A stretch of DNA of 64,000 bases from Leptolyngbyaceae cyanobacterium MAG.088 (GTDB lineage: Bacteria; Cyanobacteriota; Cyanobacteriia; Phormidesmidales; Phormidesmidaceae): contig JAHQVZ010000098.1 of NCBI GenBank assembly GCA_019634055.1, positions 3,246 through 67,245 on the forward strand, in the 5' to 3' direction. This document shows positions 39,577 to 50,257 of the stretch, in pieces (the stretch's first letter is position 1; each line of letters begins with the position of its first letter). A program made the translations under genes and the position numbers. Under the pieces are notes generated by a model that saw only the letters and a program-made list of their open reading frames with translations, made no database searches and was not told the DNA's origin.

Positions 39577-40326
39577 ATGACTATCCACCCCAATCTCCAT
39601 GCTGCCTTTTCTCAAGGCCATGCACTTAAAATTATTAGTGGCTTAAATAACTTTGATGCGGCAAACGTTTTGGCTGTGGCCAAAGCGGCTCAGCAGGGAG
39701 GAGCCACATTTGTTGATATTGCAGCAGATGCTGACCTTGTACGACAAGTGAGTGAGCAAATTAGCTTGCCCATATGTGTTTCGGCTATTGATCCTGAGGC
39801 GTTTCTAGCTCCAGTTGCCGCTGGTGCGGCACTGATTGAAATTGGTAATTTTGATGCGTTCTATGCTCAGGGGTTAACCTTTAGCGCCAAAGATGTCTTG
39901 AATTTGACTCAACAAACTCGTGAGCTTTTGCCCCACATCACGTTGTCAGTGACTGTGCCCCATACATTACCCCTCAACGAGCAGGTACAACTGGCTGAAA
40001 ATCTGGCAGTCATAGGAGCAGATATTATTCAAACTGAGGGTGGAACGAGTAGTCAACCTAATCACCCCGGCAGCGTCGGGTTAATTGAAAAAGCGACTCC
40101 CACCCTGGCGGCAGCCCATAGCATTTCTCGGGCTGTGAGTATTCCAGTGCTGTGTGCATCAGGTATTTCTGATGTTACAGCGCCGATGGCAATTGCAGCA
40201 GGTGCAGCAGGTGTTGGCGTGGGTTCTGCAGTCAATAAGCTCAATAACGAAATTGCTATGATTGCGGTGGTTCGCAGCTTGCGGGAGGCCTTAACTAGGG
40301 TGACTCGTTCTGCAGAAAAGGTATAG
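39577..40326 (+). CDS. DUF561 / Ycf23-like TIM-barrel protein
   Basis: ALKIISGLNNFD near the N-terminus, and the 249-aa length, match my recollection of Ycf23 homologues. Confidence 0.72.
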   Translation: MTIHPNLHAAFSQGHALKIISGLNNFDAANVLAVAKAAQQGGATFVDIAADADLVRQVSEQISLPICVSAIDPEAFLAPVAAGAALIEIGNFDAFYAQGLTFSAKDVLNLTQQTRELLPHITLSVTVPHTLPLNEQVQLAENLAVIGADIIQTEGGTSSQPNHPGSVGLIEKATPTLAAAHSISRAVSIPVLCASGISDVTAPMAIAAGAAGVGVGSAVNKLNNEIAMIAVVRSLREALTRVTRSAEKV

Positions 40327-40381
40327 GCTCGTCGTCTGCCCAAGAACGATAGGCTGTGCGTTCTTGGGCGAATAGTGATAC

Positions 40382-41185
40382 CTACATGGCTGCTTGCAGC
40401 ATAGTGGCAATGGCACGATGTCCTTGGGTGTGTGCCAAACTCAATGCACTGACACCTCGATGGCTTATCCGTGGATTCGCCCCATAGTTCAATAGCAGTC
40501 TAACCAGCTCTACATTACCGACTTCCACCGCACGATACAGAGGGGTGGCTTGGTCTGCATCAGCACCACCTGCTAGTAACAAGCGAGCAATGGCCACATT
40601 GCCGCTTTCAACCGCCTTATATAAAGACGTAATGCCAGCAACCTGGGCATTGGTATTAGCGTTTCCCTGTAGCAATAACCGGACAATTTCACTGTTGCCC
40701 ATTTCAGTGGCACGGTAAAGCAACGGCACACCATAGTTAGTACGACGGTCAGGAGACGCGCCGGCATTAATTAAAATCTGCACTAGTTCCACATTGCCCA
40801 TGTCAACTGCTCTACCCAATGCCGTTTGCCCCCCAGAACTGACGACATCTACATCAGCTCCATTGGCTACCAGCAGCTGAACCATGGTCAAATTGCCCTG
40901 TTCGGTTGCGATCGCAACTGGATAGCCCACATATCGGTTTCCAGTATCCGCATTCGCCCCTCGGCTGAGCACTTGTTCAGCCCGCTGGATGTCTCCACTA
41001 CGGACAGCCTCAATTAACTGCTGGTCAAGCGATGGAAGTCCAGCATGCAATGATTCGGTCTGAACAACGGACCCAGACAGCATAGAGCTAATATGACCGA
41101 ACTGAGTTTGAACAAGTTTAGGATTAAGTACTCCTAGGGCTAGTAGAGCACTAGCCAATTGAAGAATAGACGTGCTTTTCACCAT
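40382..41185 (-). CDS. ankyrin-repeat protein with an N-terminal signal-like segment
   Basis: There are about 6-7 ANK repeats (e.g. G.TALGRAVDMGNVELVQILINAGASPD and LYRAVEVGNVELVRLLLNYGANP). The N-terminus is ILQLASALLALGVL. Confidence 0.85.
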   Translation of the reverse strand: MVKSTSILQLASALLALGVLNPKLVQTQFGHISSMLSGSVVQTESLHAGLPSLDQQLIEAVRSGDIQRAEQVLSRGANADTGNRYVGYPVAIATEQGNLTMVQLLVANGADVDVVSSGGQTALGRAVDMGNVELVQILINAGASPDRRTNYGVPLLYRATEMGNSEIVRLLLQGNANTNAQVAGITSLYKAVESGNVAIARLLLAGGADADQATPLYRAVEVGNVELVRLLLNYGANPRISHRGVSALSLAHTQGHRAIATMLQAAM

Positions 41186-41360
41186 TGATTTGCAAGGGCA
41201 ACGTATTTAGACAGTCCATGAACGTCACCCTAAAGTTTCCATTGATGAAAAGAAGACGAACAGCCTTCATACCCTCCTTACCGATATAAGGGAACCCATA
41301 AAAAAGGAGAGGCTATAAAAACCTCTCCCATAGCAGAAATTCAGAACGGAATGTTAGACC

Positions 41361-42353
41361 TTAGCGAAACATACTGCTCACAGAGCTTTCTTCATGAATT
41401 CGCCAAATAGTTTCCCCCAGCAATTTAGCCGTGGTTAAGGTAGTCAGCTGTGAAAACTGACGCTCAGGTGGCACAGGAATTGTATTTGTTACAATTACCT
41501 CTTCAAATACACCACTCGATAACCGCTCCACCGCAGGGGGTGAAAATACCGCATGCGTCGCACAAGCATAAACCTGACGAGCTCCTTGAGCACGAAGCAA
41601 CCGTGCACCTTCAGCAATGGTTCCACCAGTGTCGATCATATCGTCCACCAGCACAGCCGTTTTACCCTCCACATCACCAATCAAATTCATCACCTCAGCC
41701 ACATTATGAGCCTGACGACGTTTATCAATAATGGCTAAAGGGGCGTCATTGAGACGCTTAGCAATGGCACGGGCACGAGCTACACCTCCCACATCAGGAG
41801 AGACCACACCTAAATCGCTGAGACATTTGCCCACCAGGTAATCAACGAGTACCGGAGCCCCATATATATGATCACAGGGAATATCAAAATACCCTTGAAT
41901 TTGAGACGAGTGCAAATCCATCGCCAGCACACGATTTGCACCAGCTTGGGTAATTAGATTAGCAACTAGTTTCGCGGTAATTGATTCACGACCAGCAGTT
42001 TTACGGTCAGCACGCGCATAGCCATAGTAAGGAATCACCGCTGTAATTTGACGAGCAGATGCCCGCCTACAGGCATCAATCATGATCAGTAATTCCATCA
42101 AATGATCGTTGACTGGACGGCATGTAGGCTGAATCAGATAGACATCACATCCACGAATCGATTCTTGAATTTGAACATACAGCTCGCCATCGGCAAACTG
42201 TTTACGTACCATCGGTCCCAAGTCGATTCCCAGATAATGAGCAACCTCTCTAGAGAGAGCGGGATTCGATGATCCTGAAAATAACCGCAGGCGACTATTA
42301 CCTTCGAACCTAGGCAAGGTGGGTTTAACAGGCAGTGTTGCAGAGCTGATCAC
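41361..42353 (-). CDS. prs: ribose-phosphate pyrophosphokinase
   Basis: It carries the DLHSSQIQGYFDIP and VLVDDMIDTGGT PRPP-binding motifs. Confidence 0.95.
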   Translation of the reverse strand: MISSATLPVKPTLPRFEGNSRLRLFSGSSNPALSREVAHYLGIDLGPMVRKQFADGELYVQIQESIRGCDVYLIQPTCRPVNDHLMELLIMIDACRRASARQITAVIPYYGYARADRKTAGRESITAKLVANLITQAGANRVLAMDLHSSQIQGYFDIPCDHIYGAPVLVDYLVGKCLSDLGVVSPDVGGVARARAIAKRLNDAPLAIIDKRRQAHNVAEVMNLIGDVEGKTAVLVDDMIDTGGTIAEGARLLRAQGARQVYACATHAVFSPPAVERLSSGVFEEVIVTNTIPVPPERQFSQLTTLTTAKLLGETIWRIHEESSVSSMFR

Positions 42354-42985
42354 GGCAGGCCCTCAAAGCATACTTAGCAAGTTCATGCAAATCGTAACAT
42401 CGGTCTTAGGAAAATTCCCTCCGATTTTTCCCAAGTAAATACATTATGTTGAGACACACTGATGTCTGACATTAGTAACGATATCAAGCCTTTAATTAAG
42501 TGGCTCAATAGTATTAAGAAATCAACCAATCCATCTGGTTTTTTAGAAGTTCTAAAAGATCACTTCTATTGCAGACAATAGTTAACTAACATCATGTCTT
42601 GACATTTGCTTGTTGGAACAAAACAACAAAAGTTGACCAACAAGCAAATTGCGTAAACTCACACCCCGCGTTTACGACATGAGCCTCTTGATTTTATCCA
42701 GAATTTTTTATATAGCAGTTGATCGATATGGATAATTACTGCCAACTTTAATGCTTTAAAGCAGTAAACCTAAATAGCTTTATGCAAGTTTAGGTGACTA
42801 CAAAAAAGTCAAACTAGTTTTTTAATAGCTGTAGATTCAAACATCAAACAGTTTAAATGTATCCCAAGATACATGTATGCCGTAATGGTATCAGATTGAT
42901 TCGTGCTTAGGGCATTCCTTTCTAGGGCCTATATTAGATTTCAGCGATTGATTATATACCTGTGTAAATCTGTCTCAAATAAGCA

Positions 42986-43297
42986 TCATTCGATGAGCCA
43001 TTCTGATGCACGCCTGCCCAAATCAATGGGAATGCTGACTGCTTTACCCAATCTAGGGCGTTCATTGGTTTGTTCAATAGCTAATTGAACTTGGGTTAGG
43101 CAACCCATAGCTTCCAAATACAGCACTATCTCTTTCAGATGCGCTAGGTACTCCTCCTCCTCCATGGGGAAAGACACCTGTTCTAAATAGCGCCACATCA
43201 CTTGAAAAAATACCTTGGTTGAGGTTTTACGGATCTGTACGTCAAATGAGTAGCCCCATTTGTTGATAAGTAACTCTTGAAAATCCTCTGGAGTCAT
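42986..43297 (-). CDS. DUF3067-like small protein
   Basis: MTPEDFQELLINKWGYSFDVQIRK... resembles the conserved cyanobacterial/plant family I recall as DUF3067. Confidence 0.6.
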   Translation of the reverse strand: MTPEDFQELLINKWGYSFDVQIRKTSTKVFFQVMWRYLEQVSFPMEEEEYLAHLKEIVLYLEAMGCLTQVQLAIEQTNERPRLGKAVSIPIDLGRRASEWLIE

Positions 43298-43700
43298 AGG
43301 TCACTAAATTATCTTCTTTTACATTTATTTACACGATTTCAGATGACGCGCTCATCTAAGCGGTAAATCAGATACAGATTTTCAAAGCGTAATCTCAGGC
43401 TCTTTTAGTCGCCGATGCCACAGTTCTAGTGTCTGTCTGGTCAGGGTTTGAGCTGCTGTTGAGAAAGTTTTTCAGATATGGGAACAGGGTAACTGCTTGT
43501 TTAAGCGTAGCGATTGTGAGTAGTCAGCATGCTGAAGAGCAGTTTATCTGAGTCGGCAAAATGTAATAATACTCATAGTAATTTGCAAACTTCTGTGACG
43601 ATATGAGCTGCACATGTATTTGTAGCTACCAATTGCAGGAAGTTTGCTCTGGGCAATGCAGCCTTTGGATTCATACTCGCATATATAAAGTCTGACAGTT

Positions 43701-44240
43701 ATGGCTCAAGCTTCTGGAAACCCCGATGTCCCTGATTTAGGGCGTCGCCAATTTATGAATCTGCTCACCTTTGGAGCAGCAACTGGCACAGCTGTGGGTG
43801 CTCTTTATCCCATCGTTAAGTACTTTCTTCCTCCCAGTAGTGGCGCAGCTGGTGGCGGTGTTACTGCTAAAGATGAACTGGGTAATGATGTAACCGCTAG
43901 CAGTTACTTGGAAACCCACGGTGCTGGTGACCGCTCATTAGTTCAAGGTTTGAAGGGTGATCCAACGTATTTGGTTGTAACTGATGATGGGGCGCTGGAT
44001 AGCTACGGTGTCAATGCGGTATGCACTCACCTGGGTTGCGTAGTGCCCTGGAATGCTGGTGCAAATAAGTTTATGTGTCCTTGTCATGGTTCTCAATATG
44101 ATGCCACTGGCAAGGTGGTTCGTGGTCCTGCTCCACTTTCCCTTGCCTTGGCTCATGCAGATGTAACGGATGACAAGGTAGTTCTGAGTCCTTGGACCGA
44201 AACTGACTTTAGGACAGGCGACAATCCCTGGTGGGCTTAA
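43701..44240 (+). CDS. petC: cytochrome b6f Rieske iron-sulfur subunit
   Basis: It has the cluster boxes CTHLGCV and CPCHGS, plus an N-terminal RRQFMN Tat-like TM anchor. Confidence 0.96.
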   Translation: MAQASGNPDVPDLGRRQFMNLLTFGAATGTAVGALYPIVKYFLPPSSGAAGGGVTAKDELGNDVTASSYLETHGAGDRSLVQGLKGDPTYLVVTDDGALDSYGVNAVCTHLGCVVPWNAGANKFMCPCHGSQYDATGKVVRGPAPLSLALAHADVTDDKVVLSPWTETDFRTGDNPWWA

Positions 44241-44286
44241 TTTGTCTGCTTTACTTGATTTCTCTCTACGTAATTGAATTGCTGGC

Positions 44287-45264
44287 GTGCGACGGATGAA
44301 ATTTAATTTTTTAAGCGTGTTCAATCAGCTGCTGAAAGTCATCGTTTCTGGTGCAATTGTTGCGATCGCAACTATCAGCCTTGTTCTAACTAATGCCCAA
44401 TCGGCAGCAGCTTATCCTTTCTGGGCTCAGGAAAACTACGAAGTACCTCGGGAAGCCACTGGCAAAATTGTCTGTGCCAATTGCCACCTGGGTAAAAAGA
44501 AAACTGAAATTGAAGTGCCCCAGGCTGTTCTGCCTGATACTGTTTTCGAAGCTGTTGTTAAAGTTCCCTACGATCTTGATGCGCAGCAGGTCTTGGGCGA
44601 TGGTAGCAAAGGCGGCTTAAATGTCGGTGCTCTCTTGATGCTGCCCGACGGTTTTACGCTTGCCCCTGAGGATCGTATTCCTGAAGAAATGAAGGAAGAG
44701 ATTGGCGGTACTTTCTACACTCCCTACAGTGATGAGCATCCCAACTGGCTGCTAGTGGGTCCCGTGCCTGGAGAACAGTATGAGGAAATTATCTTCCCTG
44801 TTCTTTCTCCTGATCCTGCCACTGATAAGACTGTTCACTTTGGCAAATATCAAGTTTTCGTTGGCGGCAACCGTGGCCGTGGCCAGGTTTACCCCACCGG
44901 TCAGGCAACTAATAATGTTGTTTATACGGCCTCTAAAGGTGGCGTCATTAGTGGTATTTCCAAGGGTGACTATGGTACCGAAGTTACCATCAAGACTGCT
45001 GATGGTAAGACCGTGACTGAGAGCCTCCAGCCTGGACCAGACCTGATCGTCTCTGAAGGTCAGTCTGTAGAAGCCGGTGAACCATTGACTAATGACCCCA
45101 ACGTAGGTGGTTTTGGTCAGCATGATACTGAGATTGTTCTACAGAGTTCTGGTCGTATTCAGGGTCTGCTAGCGTTCTTGGCGGCTGCCGCTTTAACCCA
45201 AGTCATGCTGGTACTTAAGAAAAAGCAGGTTGAAACTGTACAGGCCGCTAACGTTACGTTCTAA
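44287..45264 (+). CDS. petA: cytochrome f (apocytochrome f precursor)
   Basis: The mature N-terminus is YPFWAQ, the heme site is CANCH, and there is a C-terminal TM. The tracked start is GTG at 44287, with an ATG at 44296. Confidence 0.96.
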   Translation: MRRMKFNFLSVFNQLLKVIVSGAIVAIATISLVLTNAQSAAAYPFWAQENYEVPREATGKIVCANCHLGKKKTEIEVPQAVLPDTVFEAVVKVPYDLDAQQVLGDGSKGGLNVGALLMLPDGFTLAPEDRIPEEMKEEIGGTFYTPYSDEHPNWLLVGPVPGEQYEEIIFPVLSPDPATDKTVHFGKYQVFVGGNRGRGQVYPTGQATNNVVYTASKGGVISGISKGDYGTEVTIKTADGKTVTESLQPGPDLIVSEGQSVEAGEPLTNDPNVGGFGQHDTEIVLQSSGRIQGLLAFLAAAALTQVMLVLKKKQVETVQAANVTF

Positions 45265-45292
45265 GAGCCTGTTAAACCTTTGACTTGAATCG

Positions 45293-45331
45293 AAAAAAAA
45301 AGGGAAGGTGCTATGTCGCCTTCCCTTTTTT
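45293..45331 (+). terminator. intrinsic terminator after petA
   Basis: An A-tract is followed by GGGAAGGTG-ctatgt-CGCCTTCCC and then TTTTTT. Confidence 0.75.
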
Positions 45332-45435
45332 ATGGCTTGTGGACCAGTGGACAGGTTGCTAGTATCGACACTGGCCCAAAGGGGCTTACCATAAGAAACG
45401 ATTGAGTTAGCCGTAGCAATTACCATTTTCGTTTG

Positions 45436-46887
45436 ATGAGCGTAGTCATTTACAACACCTTATCTCGCCGTAAAGAACCCTTTCAGCCATTAGAAGCGGG
45501 CACAGCGAAGATATACTGCTGCGGTGTCACGGTTTATGACTATTGCCACTTGGGCCATGCTCGCTGCTATGTGGTTTGGGATACGGTACGTCGCTACCTC
45601 AGGTGGCGGGGGTATAACGTGCACTACGTGCAAAATTTCACCGACATCGACGACAAAATTTTGAACCGTGCCCGCAAAGAAGGCACGACTATGGAAGCGA
45701 TTTCTCAACGATTTATTGAGGCCTACCATGAGGACATGGCTCGGCTAAATATATTGGAGGCCGATGAATATACCTATGCCACCCATACTATCGACGGCAT
45801 CAAGCGGCTGATTGGTGAACTGGAACAAAAGGGCTATGCCTATGCTGCCGGTGGAGATGTGTATTACAAGGTGCGTAAGTTTGAGAGTTATGGTAAGCTT
45901 TCGGGCCGTAAATTAGACGATATGCAGGCGGGTGCTAGCGGTCGTGTGGATAAGGGTGAATCCAAAAAGCAAGACCCGTTTGACTTTGCTCTGTGGAAAG
46001 GGGCTAAACCGGAAGAACCCTCCTGGGAATCACCCTGGGGGGCAGGGCGGCCCGGTTGGCACATTGAGTGCTCAGCCATGGTCCGCGATCGCATGGGGGA
46101 CACCATCGATATTCACATGGGTGGTGGCGACTTAACCTTTCCCCACCATGAAAATGAAATCGCCCAATCAGAGGCGGCCACCGGGCATACCCTGTCGCAA
46201 TATTGGATGCACAACGGCATGGTGAATGTAAACGGTGAAAAGATGTCTAAGTCCCTGGGCAACTTCACCACCATTCGTCAGCTTTTAGATTCAGACGAGG
46301 GCCTGCATCCTATGGCACTGCGTCTATTTCTATGTCAGGCCCAGTATCGTAAGCCAGTGGACTTTACGGTAGATGCCATTCGGTCAGCGACCAAGAGCTG
46401 GCAAACCCTAAAAGAGGGTCTCTTATTTGGCCATAACTATGGCCCTCAGTTGCATTGGCCTGACTCAGACAGTTTAGAAATAAACGCTGAAAGCGATGCA
46501 GCCCAGCGCTTTCAGATTGCCATGGACGACGACTTCAACACCCCTGAAGCGGTTGCTGTTCTATTTGAACTCGCCAAAGAACTGCGTCGCCAGGGCAATC
46601 TTTTAGTCCATGAGGGCAAAATTGATGCGGATAGTGGCCAGCTGCAACAGCAATGGCATACCCTGGTTAGTTTGGCTCAGGTGCTGGGCATCGAAGCCAC
46701 TGCCGATAGTGTTGCTGCTGCTAGTGATGGCCCCAGTGATGAAGAAATTAAAGACTTCATTGAACAGCGATTAGCCGCTAAAAAAGCAAAAGACTTCGCC
46801 CTGGCTGACAAAATTCGGGATGATTTAACCGCCCAAGGGATTACATTAATCGATAAGCCGGGGGGCATTACCGAATGGCATCGGTGA
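45436..46887 (+). CDS. cysS: cysteine--tRNA ligase
   Basis: It has HLGHAR (the HIGH motif) and KMSKS. The tracked TTG at 45433 is followed directly by the ATG at 45436. Confidence 0.95.
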   Translation: MSVVIYNTLSRRKEPFQPLEAGTAKIYCCGVTVYDYCHLGHARCYVVWDTVRRYLRWRGYNVHYVQNFTDIDDKILNRARKEGTTMEAISQRFIEAYHEDMARLNILEADEYTYATHTIDGIKRLIGELEQKGYAYAAGGDVYYKVRKFESYGKLSGRKLDDMQAGASGRVDKGESKKQDPFDFALWKGAKPEEPSWESPWGAGRPGWHIECSAMVRDRMGDTIDIHMGGGDLTFPHHENEIAQSEAATGHTLSQYWMHNGMVNVNGEKMSKSLGNFTTIRQLLDSDEGLHPMALRLFLCQAQYRKPVDFTVDAIRSATKSWQTLKEGLLFGHNYGPQLHWPDSDSLEINAESDAAQRFQIAMDDDFNTPEAVAVLFELAKELRRQGNLLVHEGKIDADSGQLQQQWHTLVSLAQVLGIEATADSVAAASDGPSDEEIKDFIEQRLAAKKAKDFALADKIRDDLTAQGITLIDKPGGITEWHR

Positions 46888-47637
46888 ATGACAATCGCCA
46901 AGCAACCAACCATAACGTTCTCTAAGGTGGGCACTGCCCACTGTCCAATGAATGGTCAGACTTCCGAGGCGTTAATCAATTATCTGGGACAATTTTTAAC
47001 CCCAGAGCGAAAGGCTAAAATCGAGACGGTTCTGGCCCATCGCACCCGCTATGTCACAGTAGTCCTGGAAGATATTCACACCAGTCAAAATGCTGGGGCT
47101 GTGCTGCGAAACTGCGATAACCTTGGCATTCAAGATATTCACATTATTGAGCAAACCAGCAACTTTAAGGTGAATCTCAATGTGACTCGGGGCTGCCAAA
47201 AGTGGTTGACGCCCCATCGATATCGAAAACAGCAAGGGAATACGCGCGACTGTATTCATGCATTAAAAGCAAAGGGTTATTGCATTGTGGCAACCACTCC
47301 CCACACCAATGCTTGTGAACTACCAGCATTACCCTTAGATCGTCCTATTGCTCTACTGTTTGGTAATGAGCTAGATGGGTTATCAGAAACTGCCCTGGCC
47401 CAAGCCGATATGCATCTAAAAATTCCGATGTATGGGTTTAGCGAGAGCTTTAATATTTCGGTGAGTACCGCACTGTGTTTACAGAGCATTTGCGATCGCC
47501 TGCGCCAATCCCACTACTATCCCTGGCAACTCTCTTTAGAGGATCAACAAGCACTACGACTGCAGTGGTACCGCAGTTCCTGTAAAAATATTCAGCAGTT
47601 AGAAGCGAGTTTTTGGCAAAGGCACAGCGGCTTTTAA
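46888..47637 (+). CDS. SpoU/TrmH-family RNA 2'-O-methyltransferase
   Basis: It has SpoU motifs (NAGAVLRN, LLFGNELDGLS, IPMYGFSESFNISV). Its ATG abuts the cysS TGA. Confidence 0.85.
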   Translation: MTIAKQPTITFSKVGTAHCPMNGQTSEALINYLGQFLTPERKAKIETVLAHRTRYVTVVLEDIHTSQNAGAVLRNCDNLGIQDIHIIEQTSNFKVNLNVTRGCQKWLTPHRYRKQQGNTRDCIHALKAKGYCIVATTPHTNACELPALPLDRPIALLFGNELDGLSETALAQADMHLKIPMYGFSESFNISVSTALCLQSICDRLRQSHYYPWQLSLEDQQALRLQWYRSSCKNIQQLEASFWQRHSGF

Positions 47638-48749
47638 AACCCATATTCTTCTAAAACTGCATCATCTAAGTCATCAATGGAGTTAGCCTCCATGACGTCG
47701 TAGCATATGTCTTGCAAGTCTTGATGGCGACGGCGGCGGGACGTACGGCGATATTTTTTAGCCTCTAATTTAGGTTCGTGTTGCACCTGACCATCGCTGC
47801 CCATTTTTACTTTTTCAGCCGACTCAGCATCGGGGCGATCCTCTAACTGTTGTTGATGGTGGAGCACTTCATCCAGCAACGCCAGATAAGAGTCGTAACG
47901 CTCCCAATCTCCTCTTACGCTACAGCCAGGTTCATCCCGATGCATACAGTCATTAAACTGACAGTGTCCTGAGCGCTGACGTATTTCTGGGAAACACTGC
48001 ATCAGTGTCTCCACCGTGCAGGTCATATCGGGTTGGTTAAATCCAGGGGTATCGGCTAATAGCCCACCCGTCGGTAAGTCAAATAGCTCCACATGGCGTG
48101 TGGTGTGACGGCCTCGACCAAGCTTGCCAGATACAGCATTGGTTCGAGCCTCTACATCAGGCACCAAACGATTCAGCAGGCTCGATTTCCCCACCCCTGA
48201 CGGACCAGCCACAACCGTTACCCGATGCTTTAGGCTCTCTATGAGATCCACGGGTAATGCCTCATCTCTCCAGACACTGACCAGTAAAGGCTCATACCCC
48301 CATTCCTTCAGACGCATTTGCCACTGAGCAATGGCGTCTTGATCAAGCAGATCTCGCTTATTGAGGCATAGGGTAACTGGAATTCCAGTGGATTCTGCTT
48401 TGACGAGAAATCGACTAAGTTGAGTCGGATCCAAAACGGGTTCAGCTAGGGCAAAGACCAGTAAAATTTGGTCTACGTTGGAAATGGGAGGGCGGTCCAA
48501 TAGATTGGTGCGGGGTTGAATGGTTGCGATCGCGCCACGCTGATCCTGCCAATCCATCTCCTCGATTTGCACCTGATCCCCCACTACCACCTGCTGTCCC
48601 AATTTTTTCAAACGGGCACGGCGGGTACATAAAAAGTACACGGGCTCACAAGTGGGCAACGAAAGCCTGACTTGATAATAATTTGCCTGACAGGCCACCA
48701 CAGTTCCTGGCGCAGACGATAGGCCCAGATACTTTGCTACTACCGTCAT
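47634..48749 (-). CDS. rsgA: ribosome small-subunit-dependent GTPase A
   Basis: It has a circularly permuted GTPase (NKRDL before [12 protein letters not shown]) and the zinc knuckle C.F.DC.H..EPGC. Confidence 0.9.
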   Translation of the reverse strand: MTVVAKYLGLSSAPGTVVACQANYYQVRLSLPTCEPVYFLCTRRARLKKLGQQVVVGDQVQIEEMDWQDQRGAIATIQPRTNLLDRPPISNVDQILLVFALAEPVLDPTQLSRFLVKAESTGIPVTLCLNKRDLLDQDAIAQWQMRLKEWGYEPLLVSVWRDEALPVDLIESLKHRVTVVAGPSGVGKSSLLNRLVPDVEARTNAVSGKLGRGRHTTRHVELFDLPTGGLLADTPGFNQPDMTCTVETLMQCFPEIRQRSGHCQFNDCMHRDEPGCSVRGDWERYDSYLALLDEVLHHQQQLEDRPDAESAEKVKMGSDGQVQHEPKLEAKKYRRTSRRRRHQDLQDICYDVMEANSIDDLDDAVLEEYGF

Positions 48750-49015
48750 ACTATGGGGCGTCTGACCTGAAGTGCAAAATAACCTTCTGGACTTGATTTC
48801 AAGGCTTCAATTAGAAATCCTTCCGAACGTAAACTATCAGGCACTTGTTCTACCGGTTCTCCAGCATCTAGCCAAACCTCTAAAAGATCACCTATGGGCA
48901 TCCGCTGTAGCTTGAGCTTAGTTCGCACAAAATTCAAAGGGCAAGGAGTTCCGCGCAAATCTAGCTTCTCATCAGGTCTATTCAAGACATTAGCCATACT
49001 GTAGAAAATCCCCAA
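48746..49015 (-). CDS. TusA/SirA-family sulfurtransferase-like protein
   Basis: It has the LDLRGTPCPLNFV (CPxP) motif. It shares a 4-nt ATGA stop/start overlap with rsgA. Confidence 0.8.
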   Translation of the reverse strand: MGIFYSMANVLNRPDEKLDLRGTPCPLNFVRTKLKLQRMPIGDLLEVWLDAGEPVEQVPDSLRSEGFLIEALKSSPEGYFALQVRRPIV

Positions 49016-49027
49016 TTAATGGACCTA

Positions 49028-50155
49028 CTAGCCCTTAAACAAACCACCTAAAAATCCTTCAAGTCCCTTTTTTGAGATCGGCTCTCCTCTCACCTCAGCT
49101 AACTTTGCCAAGAGCTCACGCTCTTCAGCCTTAATCCGGGTAGGAATATCCACCAAAATCGTCAGCAAATGATTACCACGACTGACCGGATTACCAAGCT
49201 TAGGTACTCCATGATTTTCTAAGGTTAAAACCGTATTGGGCTGCGTGCCAGCCGGTACCTGAACTTCCAATGGTCCGTCTACCGTCTCAACCTGAAGCTC
49301 ACACCCCAAAATTGCCTGTAAGTAGCTGATCTTTAAATCTGATTGAACATTAATGCCATCACGCTTAAATTGGCTATGTTCTTTGACAAACAAATACACA
49401 TATAAGTCACCTGGCGGGCCGCTACGCATACCGGCGTCACCTTCATTAGAAACTCTGAGGCGAGTACCATTATCAACACCAGCAGGAATAGTAATCTTTA
49501 ACTTTTTAGTCTCCTGTTTGCGGCCTGCACCACCACAAACTTCACAACGATCCTCAACGACTTCTCCTGTGCCATTACAGGTGGGACAAGCAGAAACCTG
49601 GGTAAAGCTCCCAAAAGGGGTGCGAGTGGCTCGGCGCACTTGGCCTGAACCACTACAAGTGGAACATGTCCGAGGTCGAGTACCTGGCTTTGCCCCAGAC
49701 CCTTTACAGGTCATACAATTTTCTAGATGGCTAATTTTGATTTCTTTTTCACCACCAAATATAGCCTCAGTAAAGTCAAGTTTCAGATCAAGACGTAAAT
49801 CATCCCCACGCATGGGGCCACGCCGCTTTGCTTGAGTTGGGCCACCCGAAAATCCACTGAAAAAACTTTCAAAAATGTCGGCAAAGCCGCCCATGTCAGA
49901 AAAATCTTGAAAGCCTGCACCACCAGCGGCGGCACCGCCAACACCGGCTTCACCAAAGCGATCATACCGAGCTCTAATTTCAGGCTCAGATAGAACCTCA
50001 TAAGCCCGGTTAATTTCTTTGAACTTATCTTCTGCCCCCGGATCTTTATTGACATCAGGGTGATACTTACGTGCCAGCCGACGATAAGCGCGTTTTACCT
50101 CATCCTGATCGGCCCCCCGGGAAACACCGAGTACCTCATAGTAATCACGAGCCAT
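49028..50155 (-). CDS. dnaJ: chaperone DnaJ (type I)
   Basis: It has DYYEVLGV, the HPD motif, a G/F region and four CxxCxGxG repeats. Confidence 0.96.
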   Translation of the reverse strand: MARDYYEVLGVSRGADQDEVKRAYRRLARKYHPDVNKDPGAEDKFKEINRAYEVLSEPEIRARYDRFGEAGVGGAAAGGAGFQDFSDMGGFADIFESFFSGFSGGPTQAKRRGPMRGDDLRLDLKLDFTEAIFGGEKEIKISHLENCMTCKGSGAKPGTRPRTCSTCSGSGQVRRATRTPFGSFTQVSACPTCNGTGEVVEDRCEVCGGAGRKQETKKLKITIPAGVDNGTRLRVSNEGDAGMRSGPPGDLYVYLFVKEHSQFKRDGINVQSDLKISYLQAILGCELQVETVDGPLEVQVPAGTQPNTVLTLENHGVPKLGNPVSRGNHLLTILVDIPTRIKAEERELLAKLAEVRGEPISKKGLEGFLGGLFKG

Positions 50156-50257
50156 AGAATGCTAGCTTAACAACGACAACTGGAAACCTATCCAACCATT
50201 TTACGTAAGCACGGCACATTACTAATTCGCAATTCCCGTACTCTGACAATTCGGTTA

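Noticed and set aside
47630-47641. The convergent TrmH-like and rsgA genes overlap by 4 nt, with both stop codons embedded in the palindrome TTTTAAAA.
   Set aside because: It is a neat arrangement but a trivial consequence of TAA on both strands. No functional implication can be supported.
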